Made by a program: the position numbers and the translations under genes. DNA of 64,000 nucleotides from the NCBI GenBank assembly GCA_903900335.1, contig CAIUMP010000021.1, forward strand, positions 44,075 through 108,074, in the 5' to 3' direction. Shown one piece after another: positions 7,518 through 15,702 of the stretch. How positions within the stretch are numbered: position 1 is the stretch's first letter; every line of letters begins with the position of its first letter. This DNA is from an uncultured Ignavibacteriota bacterium (GTDB taxonomy: Bacteria > Bacteroidota > Ignavibacteria > Palsa-1295). The notes below the pieces were generated by a model that made no database searches, was not told the origin of the DNA, and was given only the letters and a program-made list of their open reading frames with translations.

Positions 7518-10500
7518 TTAGTTAATCCGCACGATCCGCACCGTTGCCGTGTGATCGAATATCTCGACATCCGAGGATGCCGCCTCAGCGTGCTCTTCAA
7601 ATGCGCCGTCAATAGCGAACGTGCCGGCGAGCGTCTCTTGCTGGATGTATCCGGCGTGAACCTGAAGCGCGCCCATGAGATCGGCGTACTCGGAATTCAC
7701 GAAGATACCGATGCGGTCGGTGACATCGAAGCCCGAATCCTTGCGAAGATTCTGCACGCGGTTGACGAACTCGCGCGCCATGCCCTCTTCGAGCAGAGTG
7801 GGGGTGAGTTGCGTATCGAGCGCGACAGTCATCCCGCCTTCGCTCGAAACCAGCCAGCCCTGGATGTCCTCAGCTGTTACATCAATGTCGCCGCGTTCGA
7901 GCTTCACCTGCTCGCCGTCAATATCAATGGCAAGCTCGCCGTTCGTCTGGTACGCGCGAATCTCGTCCTGCGTCAGCTTCTGAATTCTCGCCGCCGCAGA
8001 CTTCATCGCTTTGCCAAGCCGCGCACCGAGCGTTTTGAAATTCGCCTTCGCCTTGAGTTGGATCACATCACTATCACCCGCCTCCGCGTATTCGACGTGC
8101 TTGACATTCACCTCATCGCGGATGACGTCCTCGACTTTGCGAAGCTCCTCGATCTCGCGCCGGTTCGTGACCGGAATGAGGATGCGAGCAAGTGGTTGAC
8201 GAACGCGCAGCTTCGCACGCTCGCGCATTTGCCGAACGAGGGATGATGCCGTTTGTGCCGCAGCCATTCGCTTCTCAAGCGCGAGGTCGATTGCGGCCGC
8301 GTTCTCCACTGGGTAGAGCGCAAGATGAATCGAGTCCGCGCGCTCTGCACCTATGGATGTCTCCGATTGCAACGCGGCATGAAGCCAATCGGAGAAGAAT
8401 GGCGCGAACGGTGCCATCAGTCCCGAGACCGCGGAGAGACACTCATACAGCGTATCGTATGCCGATTGTTTATCCGCATTGTTCTCGCCCTTCCAAAAGC
8501 GGCGGCGGTTGCGGCGGATGTACCAATTCGATAGCTCCTCCATCACGAAATCCTGGATCGCGCGCGTCGGCTTGGTGACATCGTAGCCATCGAGATTCTC
8601 GCGGCACTCGCGGATGAGCGAGTTCAGCTTACTCAGCGCCCATCTGTCGATCTCCGGGCGCTCGCTCACGGGGATGCGCTTGTTCCAATCATACACGTAC
8701 TTGTCGATGTTCGCATAGAGCGCGAAGAAGCCGTAGGTATTCAGCAGCGTACCGAAAAACTTGCGCTCCAGCTCGCCGAGATCATCCTCGCTAAACGAAC
8801 GCGGCTTCCACGGTACCGAGGAGGAGAGCAAATACCATCGCGTCGCATCCGCGCCAAACTTCGTCATCACATCGAACGGATTGACGATATTCCCCTTCGA
8901 CTTCGACATCTTCTGCCCCTTCTTGTCGAGCAGCATGTCGTTGACTATCACGTTCTTGTACGGCGCTTCGCCAAACAAAAAAGTGTTGATCGCATGAAGC
9001 GTGTAAAACCATCCGCGCGTCTGATCGACGCCCTCGGAGATATAATCCGCCGGATAATTCTTCGGCTTCTCCGTCTCCCCCATAAAATGATGCTGCGCGA
9101 ACGGCATTGAGCCGGAATCGAACCACACGTCGATGACTTCGGGGGTGCGGTGCATCGTCCCGCCGCACGAGCACGTAAATGTTACATGATCGACATACGG
9201 CTTATGCGGATCGAAGTGCGGATCATTCGTATCAAGCTCATCGAATGAACCGAGACACTTCTGTTCGTTGCATTTTTCGCAAACCCAAATTGGAAGCGGC
9301 GTGCCCCAAAATCGCTCGCGAGAAATCCCCCAGTCCTTCAAATCCTCCAGCCAATTCCCGAAGCGGCCCTCACCAATCTCCGGCGGCTGCCAGCCGATCT
9401 TCTTATTTTCAGAGATGAGCGATTGCTTGTAATCCGTCACGCGGATGTACCACGAGTCGCGCGCGTAATACAGCAGCGCAGTATTGCATCGCCAGCAGAA
9501 GGGGTACGTGTGCTCGATGGTCTCTTTGCGATAGAGAAGTCCCTTCTCTTTCAATTCAGCCGTGATGTCAGGATCAGCATCTTTGAAGAAGCGCCCCTTG
9601 TATGGCGAATCGAGATTGATCGTCCCAGCGCTCGAAACGGTGATGATTACTGGAAATCCCTCGCGCTGAGCGACGCGATAATCATCTTCACCAAATGCGG
9701 GCGCTTGATGAACGATGCCGGTTCCGTCCTCGGTCGTCACATACTTATCTGCAACGATCCTGAACGAGTTTGCAAGAGCATCGGCGAACTGCTTCGTCGT
9801 CTCCGATTTGAGAATGTAATCGAAGAGCGGCTCGTATTGCTGTCCTGCCAAGTCTTTGCCGAGAGTTCGAGCCACGATCTCATTCTCGCCGTCCAACTTG
9901 CTAAGCAGTGCTTCGGCCAGGACCAGTCTCTGCACTTTCTCCTTGTGCGTGTTGATAACGGTCACGTATTCAACATCGGGATGGACAGCCAGCGCGACGT
10001 TCGCGAGAAGCGTCCACGGTGTGGTAGTCCAAGCGAGAAAGTATTCGTCCTCGGTGACATTCTTCCGTTTGAACTTCACGAACACGCTCGGATCCTTCGC
10101 CTGCTTATACCCAAGCGCCACCTCATGCGACGACAGCGCCGTCTCGCAGCGCGGACAATACGGCTGAATCTTAAAGCCCTTGTAGATCAGCCCCTTGTCG
10201 TGAAATTTCTTCAGAGCCCACCAGACGGATTCGATGTAATCGTTCGTGCAGGTGATGTAGGGATTATCGAGATTGACCCAATAACCCATGCGTTCGGTCA
10301 TTCCGCGCCAGCCGGAATCTCGCTCGATATTGCTGAAGACGAGACTACGACACTCAGCTACAAACTTGCCAATACCGTACTCGACGATCTCCGACTTATG
10401 CCGGAACCCGCGCTCCTTTTCGACGGCGATCTCCACCGGCAAGCCATGCGTATCCCATCCCGCTTTGCGCTCGACGCGGTAGCCGCGCATCGTTTTGTAA

Positions 10501-10709
10501 CGGCAGATCACATCCTTCAGCGTTCGCGAAAAGACGTGATGAATCCCCGGCGTGCCATTGACCGTCGGCGGCCCTTCGTAGAACGAGAAGACATTCGAAG
10601 CATCGCGCTCCTCAATGGAGCGGCGAAAAATATCCTTCTCCTTCCAGGATCGAAGGACCAAGTGCTCGCGCTCGTCAGGGGAAACGGATGTTTTTAGTTC
10701 TGGATACAT
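7518..10709 (-). CDS. ileS: Isoleucine--tRNA ligase, type 2
   Basis: YEGPPTVNG-PGIHH, GWDTHGLPVE, DWGISRERFWGTP, EGVDQTRGWFY and KMSKS. 1063 aa with a type-2 C-terminus. Confidence 0.97.
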   Translation of the reverse strand: MYPELKTSVSPDEREHLVLRSWKEKDIFRRSIEERDASNVFSFYEGPPTVNGTPGIHHVFSRTLKDVICRYKTMRGYRVERKAGWDTHGLPVEIAVEKERGFRHKSEIVEYGIGKFVAECRSLVFSNIERDSGWRGMTERMGYWVNLDNPYITCTNDYIESVWWALKKFHDKGLIYKGFKIQPYCPRCETALSSHEVALGYKQAKDPSVFVKFKRKNVTEDEYFLAWTTTPWTLLANVALAVHPDVEYVTVINTHKEKVQRLVLAEALLSKLDGENEIVARTLGKDLAGQQYEPLFDYILKSETTKQFADALANSFRIVADKYVTTEDGTGIVHQAPAFGEDDYRVAQREGFPVIITVSSAGTINLDSPYKGRFFKDADPDITAELKEKGLLYRKETIEHTYPFCWRCNTALLYYARDSWYIRVTDYKQSLISENKKIGWQPPEIGEGRFGNWLEDLKDWGISRERFWGTPLPIWVCEKCNEQKCLGSFDELDTNDPHFDPHKPYVDHVTFTCSCGGTMHRTPEVIDVWFDSGSMPFAQHHFMGETEKPKNYPADYISEGVDQTRGWFYTLHAINTFLFGEAPYKNVIVNDMLLDKKGQKMSKSKGNIVNPFDVMTKFGADATRWYLLSSSVPWKPRSFSEDDLGELERKFFGTLLNTYGFFALYANIDKYVYDWNKRIPVSERPEIDRWALSKLNSLIRECRENLDGYDVTKPTRAIQDFVMEELSNWYIRRNRRRFWKGENNADKQSAYDTLYECLSAVSGLMAPFAPFFSDWLHAALQSETSIGAERADSIHLALYPVENAAAIDLALEKRMAAAQTASSLVRQMRERAKLRVRQPLARILIPVTNRREIEELRKVEDVIRDEVNVKHVEYAEAGDSDVIQLKAKANFKTLGARLGKAMKSAAARIQKLTQDEIRAYQTNGELAIDIDGEQVKLERGDIDVTAEDIQGWLVSSEGGMTVALDTQLTPTLLEEGMAREFVNRVQNLRKDSGFDVTDRIGIFVNSEYADLMGALQVHAGYIQQETLAGTFAIDGAFEEHAEAASSDVEIFDHTATVRIVRIN

Positions 10710-10744
10710 GTAATTTTTATTGGTACGGATGCGCCGGTGCGTCC

Positions 10745-10827
10745 TCGCGTAGGTCGTGGCTTCCAGCCCGACCTGACGCAGTTCTTAGGGTGCGGGGAGG
10801 TCGGGCTGGAAGCACCGACCTACGCGA
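10745..10827. repeat. REPIN-like element: inverted pair of GTAG-REP palindromes
   Basis: Arms 10745-10774 and 10798-10827 are reverse complements at 28/30 positions. Each arm reads GTAGGTCGnnGCTTCCAGCCCGACC. Confidence 0.85.
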
Positions 10828-11758
10828 CGCGCTTTTCTGCCTCGACCAACTGAATAAAGGCCTTGACCGTCTCCGGTCTAACCTTGATCATCTTTCGGCG
10901 TTCGGAGAAGAACGCGGGGATGCCCTCCAAAAATCCACGGAGACACGCTTTCATTGTGTGGGTTCGTGCCGCGCGCTTGAGCATCCAGAGACTGAGGCGC
11001 ACCACATACTTCCACCAGCCATGCGGAAAGGGGAGGATAAGTCCGGCAAACTGACCTACGCTTTTGGCATCAAGATGTACACGGTGTGCGGTCGGGACGT
11101 CGATCGTTGAAGAGCCGTAGTGACGAATCGCAACAGCGGGGGAGTACCAGCATTGCCAACCGGTTTCGAGCAATCGCCAAGCTATGGGGAATTCATCCCA
11201 GCTATAGAAGAACGAGTTGACAAAATATTCTCCCGGAGCAAACTTGGCATCTTCCATCGCCGTGCGCCGAAAGCACACCGCGCAGCTCGCAAACTGCGCC
11301 GATTGAAATTCCACCCACCGGGCTATCTCGGGATTTGCTTGATACATCCACAGATTCAATGTAGCAGGATCGTTCGCATTGACAACAGTGAATCCGATCG
11401 CGCCGGCATTCGGATATTTATTAAAACTTGAGACAACTTTCCGGAGATCATCGGCGTGTTGGAATGTCGCGTCATCATCTATGATGAACCAGAGGTCTCC
11501 TGTTGCCTTTTGAAGCAGCACATTTCGTCCTTCGCAGGAGCCGAGATTGCGACCATTGAATACCGCCGTTACCCTTTCGTCGCTTGCGGAAAGTTGCCTG
11601 AGGTATTCGATCGTTTCGTCGGTAGAGCCATTGTCGCCAATGAGAATTTCTAGATCAGGGTAATCCTGCAGGAAGATCGAGTCCACACATTCCTTAAGAT
11701 AGATTGCGCGATTGCGGGTGATGATCGCAATGGAAATGCGTGGTGCCGACATAGACAT
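10820..11758 (-). CDS. Glycosyltransferase family 2 protein
   Basis: ISIAIITRNR, DNGSTD, NLGSCEGRN and IDDDA (DxD) motifs. Confidence 0.92.
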   Translation of the reverse strand: MSMSAPRISIAIITRNRAIYLKECVDSIFLQDYPDLEILIGDNGSTDETIEYLRQLSASDERVTAVFNGRNLGSCEGRNVLLQKATGDLWFIIDDDATFQHADDLRKVVSSFNKYPNAGAIGFTVVNANDPATLNLWMYQANPEIARWVEFQSAQFASCAVCFRRTAMEDAKFAPGEYFVNSFFYSWDEFPIAWRLLETGWQCWYSPAVAIRHYGSSTIDVPTAHRVHLDAKSVGQFAGLILPFPHGWWKYVVRLSLWMLKRAARTHTMKACLRGFLEGIPAFFSERRKMIKVRPETVKAFIQLVEAEKRVA

Positions 11759-11808
11759 TGCCCGTTATTATCTTGGTGCGAAAAGACTCACTGCCGTCTG
11801 GAAATCGA

Positions 11809-12513
11809 TCAATTTCCCCACGTCAATTGCTCGTTCGGAGGCAGTGGCGTTGGCATCCATGGTTGCGGGGGAGCGGGTGCTTGATATGCCTGTTGTTCAG
11901 GATAAGTTGGCAACGAGGGTGTGGTTGTCGGCGTGGGGTCTTGCTCCGGTAGTATTGCTGGCAGAGTAGGGGCCTCGGAAGCCACTTGCACAGTGGGCAG
12001 GGGTTCAACTGGAAGCGGTGGGGCACTCATTAGCGGCTCGTCAATGAGCGGCTTTGCAGGTTTTCTGTCCACCTCGAGCGTATCGAGGAATCCAGAAAAA
12101 CTGGACGAAACCGCGCGCATACGGGAGAGTGTCATGTCGTATTCGGTCCTCAAGCGAAAGACTTCCCGCTCGCCATGTTCCAACTCTGTGCGAACATCGG
12201 CGAGTTTACGATCGCGCTCGAGGGAAGCGTCGCGAAGAATAAGCTCGGCCTCTCGGCGAGCCTGATCTTCCATCTTCACGGCCGTTTGCTGGGAAGCCAC
12301 CAGCGTCTTTTCAATCACCTGTTCGAGCGATAGGAAGTATTCCAGCCGTTCGCGCGTCGAGGCAAGGGTCGTTTCCAATTCTTTCTTCTCCAGAGTCAGT
12401 GTCTCAACTTCTCCAGAAACTTGATCGAGAAACGCCTGTACCTCTTCAAGGTCGGCACCGCGCATTTTCTGCTGAAATTCCTTCTTCTTAATTTCCAGGG
12501 CGGACAGACGCAT
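11809..12513 (-). CDS. divIVA: DivIVA domain-containing protein
   Basis: N-terminal LSALEIKKKEFQQKMRGADLEEVQAFLDQV signature, coiled coil and Pro-rich tail. Confidence 0.88.
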   Translation of the reverse strand: MRLSALEIKKKEFQQKMRGADLEEVQAFLDQVSGEVETLTLEKKELETTLASTRERLEYFLSLEQVIEKTLVASQQTAVKMEDQARREAELILRDASLERDRKLADVRTELEHGEREVFRLRTEYDMTLSRMRAVSSSFSGFLDTLEVDRKPAKPLIDEPLMSAPPLPVEPLPTVQVASEAPTLPAILPEQDPTPTTTPSLPTYPEQQAYQAPAPPQPWMPTPLPPNEQLTWGN

Positions 12514-12595
12514 TGTATTATCGACTAGTGAGTAACTGGTAACGGGGAATTGTTCGTGACTTCCAAATGCTGAAACACGCGTTACTCACTGCCCG

Positions 12596-13288
12596 TTACC
12601 CCAAAAATAACGCACTCCCTATCCGAACGATCGTGGCACCCTCTTCAATGGCCACCTCGAAATCGTTGGACATCCCAATCGAAAGCTCCTTCAAGTTACT
12701 CAGCTCTGGGTGGCTTTCCTTAAGGGAATTGGAAAGATTTCGAAGAGCTCGAAATTGGGGGCGAGTCCTCTCTGGATCATCTTCAAAGGAGGCCATTCCC
12801 ATGAAGCCCGCAAGGGAGATGTGAGGGCAATCCCGCACAATGGAAAGGGCTAACCCACCAGCGTTAGCTGGTTGAACCCCGTTCTTCTGCTGCTCCCCAC
12901 TAATGTTCACTTCTACCAGAGCCGTGATCGTTCGTCCGTTCTGTTCCGCTCGTTCCGAAAGCTCTACGGCCGTATCCAGTGTGTCTATCGAATGCACGCG
13001 GTGGATGAATTCTGCGATCTGGCGTGCTTTGTTCGATTGCAAATGTCCGATCAGATGCCAATGGATATCATTCGGCAATGCCTCGCGCTTCTTAAGTAAT
13101 TCCTGCACGCGGCTCTCGGCAAATTGTCTGCATCCAAGATCATACAGGGCTTGAATGGAATGAATGGGTTGGGTCTTCGTAACCGGCAGAAAGAGAACTT
13201 CCTCCCGCTTCCTCCCAACCCGCTCACAGGCTGCCGCAATGCGACTCTCGAGTGCCTGATAGGAGGTTTCTAAAGTCGTTTCGATCAC
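12596..13288 (-). CDS. yggS: YggS/PLPBP pyridoxal phosphate homeostasis protein
   Basis: VTKT, WHLIGHLQSNK, LSIGMSNDFEVAIEEGATIVRIGSALF. Confidence 0.95.
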   Translation of the reverse strand: MIETTLETSYQALESRIAAACERVGRKREEVLFLPVTKTQPIHSIQALYDLGCRQFAESRVQELLKKREALPNDIHWHLIGHLQSNKARQIAEFIHRVHSIDTLDTAVELSERAEQNGRTITALVEVNISGEQQKNGVQPANAGGLALSIVRDCPHISLAGFMGMASFEDDPERTRPQFRALRNLSNSLKESHPELSNLKELSIGMSNDFEVAIEEGATIVRIGSALFLG

Positions 13289-13294
13289 AATCCG

Positions 13295-14065
13295 TTAACG
13301 TTGCGATGCGCTAGAAGCAGCTTCGATAATATCAATGAACGCCTCGGCATCGAGAGATGCACCACCGATCAGTCCTCCATCAATATCGGGCTGCGAAAAT
13401 AATTCGAAGGCATTCTGCGGTTTGACGCTTCCGCCGTATTGGATCGTCATGCCATCGGCAAGATTGCCAAATTTCTTTCGGAGTTGACCGCGAATGAACG
13501 AATGAGCGCTTTGCGCCATAAGAGGGGTGGCGGTTTTGCCTGTGCCGATTGCCCACACCGGTTCATACGCAATATTAATGTGAGGGGCATCTTCAGGCAT
13601 CGTGCTGGCTAAACTGGCTTCGAGTTGCCGAGCAAGTACGGCCTCTGTTTCATCGCTCTCGCGCTGGGCGGCCGTCTCGCCCACGCAAACGATGGGTTCT
13701 ATCTTCCAGTCAAGGGCAGCGCGGACCTTTTGGCTCACCACCTCATCCGACTCACCGAACAATGTTCTGCGTTCGCTGTGACCGAGAATGACGTAATAAC
13801 ATCCGAGTTCGGAAAGCATTTCGGGTGAGATCTCACCGGTGAATGCGCCTTTTGGTTCGTGGTGGCAATTTTGGGCACCCAGCCGGAGATGGGATTCCTT
13901 TAGTTCATCTCGTGCGACGAAGAGGGATGTGAATGGTGGGCACACGCCAACCTCCACGCCATCGCACCGCTTGCCCCACTGCACGGCAAGCTGAAAGATC
14001 AGCTTGCGCGTCTCTTTAACAGTGCCGTACATCTTCCAATTACCGACGATCAGTTTATTACGCAT
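13295..14065 (-). CDS. tpiA: Triose-phosphate isomerase
   Basis: GNWKM, GAFTGE, GHSERR, AYEPVWAIGTG, YGGSVK, LIGGASL. Confidence 0.98.
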   Translation of the reverse strand: MRNKLIVGNWKMYGTVKETRKLIFQLAVQWGKRCDGVEVGVCPPFTSLFVARDELKESHLRLGAQNCHHEPKGAFTGEISPEMLSELGCYYVILGHSERRTLFGESDEVVSQKVRAALDWKIEPIVCVGETAAQRESDETEAVLARQLEASLASTMPEDAPHINIAYEPVWAIGTGKTATPLMAQSAHSFIRGQLRKKFGNLADGMTIQYGGSVKPQNAFELFSQPDIDGGLIGGASLDAEAFIDIIEAASSASQR

Positions 14066-15531
14066 CAGCCTAGATCTAATTCTTCACGCATCAACTCATT
14101 CACCATTTCCGGATTCGCCTTTCCCTGCGTTGCCTTCATCACCTGCCCGACAAAGAATCCGAATAGATTCGTCTTTCCGGCCTTGTATTGGCCGAATTGA
14201 GTTTGATTCTTGGCGATGATTTCCCGAACTGTCTCGCGCAAAGCACCGGTGTCTGTCACCTGTATAAGTCCGCGTTTTTCGACGAGAGACTTCGGTGCTT
14301 CGGTGCTCCCGAGGAGATCGGGGAAGAGGTCTTTAGCGATCTTATTCGAGATTGTTTTGTCCTGGATGAGATCGACAAGTTCAGAAAGATGCTTCGGTTG
14401 TAGTTGCAGTTGGATAATATCCTGCTTCCGCTCCGACATCAACCGCATGACGTCACCCATGATGTAATTCGAGACAGACTTGATACTCTCGTCATTCTTC
14501 GCAGAAAGACTAGTTACAGCCGATTCGAAGAAGTCGGCTACGGAGAGTTCGGCTGTCAGCACACCCGCGTCGTATTTCGGAAGCTTGTACTGGCTGACGA
14601 AGCGGTCGCGGCGCGCGCGCTGGAGTTCGGGGATTTCCTTTCGAATCTCTTCGAGGTAACCTTCGGTGACCGTAACCGGCAGCAAATCTGGTTCTGGGAA
14701 ATAGCGATAGTCATGTGCTTCTTCCTTCGAACGCATGGCACGGGTGATGCCCTTGTTCGCATCGAAGAGCATCGTTTGATGAATAACAGGCTCCCCTCGT
14801 TCGACCAGTTCGATTTGCCGCTCTATCTCGGCCTCGATCGCCCTTTGGACGTTGCGGAAGCTGTTCATGTTTTTCACTTCCGTCTTTTGTCCGAAGGGTT
14901 CTGTCCCGCGAAGCCGCACGGAGACATTCGCATCGCAGCGAAGCGAGCCTTCCTCCATATTGCCGTCGCAAATACCGAGATAGGTAACGATGGATTTGAT
15001 CGTGGTCAGATAGGCATAAGCCTCATCACTCGATCGCATGTCCGGTTCGGAGACGATCTCGATAAGCGGCACTCCGGCGCGGTTCAGATCAACGAGAGTC
15101 TCTGCACCAAAATCGTGTATGGACTTACCAGCGTCCTCCTCCATGTGGATGCGAGTAATGCCGATGCGCTTATCGGAGCCATCCTTCAGTTCGACATCAA
15201 TGTGACCACCGTGGCAGATCGGTGTTTCATATTGGGAAATCTGGTAGCCCTTTGGCAAATCGGGATAAAAGTAGTTCTTGCGCGCGAAGATCGAACGTTC
15301 GCGAATTTTGCAGTTCGTGGCAAGCCCCATCCGAACGATGAATCGTAGAAGATTTTCGTTCAATGCGGGTAAAGTGCCAGGGTGCCCGAGGCAGATCGGG
15401 CAGGTATTGTGGTTCGGTGGCGCGTTGAATTCAGTCGTACACGAGCAGAATGCCTTCGACTTTGTCAGCATTTGCGCGTGGACTTCGAGTCCGATTACTG
15501 GTTCGTATTTTTCGAGAAGTTTTGGGTTCAT
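14065..15531 (-). CDS. gatB: Asp-tRNA(Asn)/Glu-tRNA(Gln) amidotransferase subunit B
   Basis: YEPVIGLEVHAQ, RKNYFYPDLPKGYQISQ, SLRCDANVS, YRYFPEPDL. The start is reassigned to ATG 15531 (MNPKLLEKY). Confidence 0.97.
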   Translation of the reverse strand: MNPKLLEKYEPVIGLEVHAQMLTKSKAFCSCTTEFNAPPNHNTCPICLGHPGTLPALNENLLRFIVRMGLATNCKIRERSIFARKNYFYPDLPKGYQISQYETPICHGGHIDVELKDGSDKRIGITRIHMEEDAGKSIHDFGAETLVDLNRAGVPLIEIVSEPDMRSSDEAYAYLTTIKSIVTYLGICDGNMEEGSLRCDANVSVRLRGTEPFGQKTEVKNMNSFRNVQRAIEAEIERQIELVERGEPVIHQTMLFDANKGITRAMRSKEEAHDYRYFPEPDLLPVTVTEGYLEEIRKEIPELQRARRDRFVSQYKLPKYDAGVLTAELSVADFFESAVTSLSAKNDESIKSVSNYIMGDVMRLMSERKQDIIQLQLQPKHLSELVDLIQDKTISNKIAKDLFPDLLGSTEAPKSLVEKRGLIQVTDTGALRETVREIIAKNQTQFGQYKAGKTNLFGFFVGQVMKATQGKANPEMVNELMREELDLG

Positions 15532-15536
15532 TGGTG

Positions 15537-15544
15537 CAAAAATA
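15537..15544 (-). promoter_or_regulatory. Bacteroidota-type -7 promoter element (TAnnTTTG) 5 nt upstream of the gatB ATG
   Basis: Minus strand reads cgTATTTTTG-cacca-ATG. Confidence 0.55.
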
Positions 15545-15702
15545 CGATGATAAGCAGCCGAGCTCTTGATTGACGAGGAGATGGGGATAAATTTTTGACC
15601 TATGAAAATGATTCGATTTTCCAGCGTTCGGTTACAAACATACTGAAATTTGCGTTCAGATCGGTGCCATGTCGGACCGAAAAGACATCCTAATCTGACG
15701 TC

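Noticed and set aside
9423-10697. 424-aa antisense ORF inside ileS, and similar shadow ORFs (1604..2242, 3376..4146, 14404..15348, 44734..45468)
   Set aside because: They fully overlap well-supported genes on the opposite strand and show no motifs. Such ORFs are expected from codon bias in moderately GC-rich DNA.
10710-10830. T-box riboswitch upstream of ileS
   Set aside because: No T-box consensus (GGTGGnACCGCG) or specifier stem. The structure is explained by an inverted REP pair.
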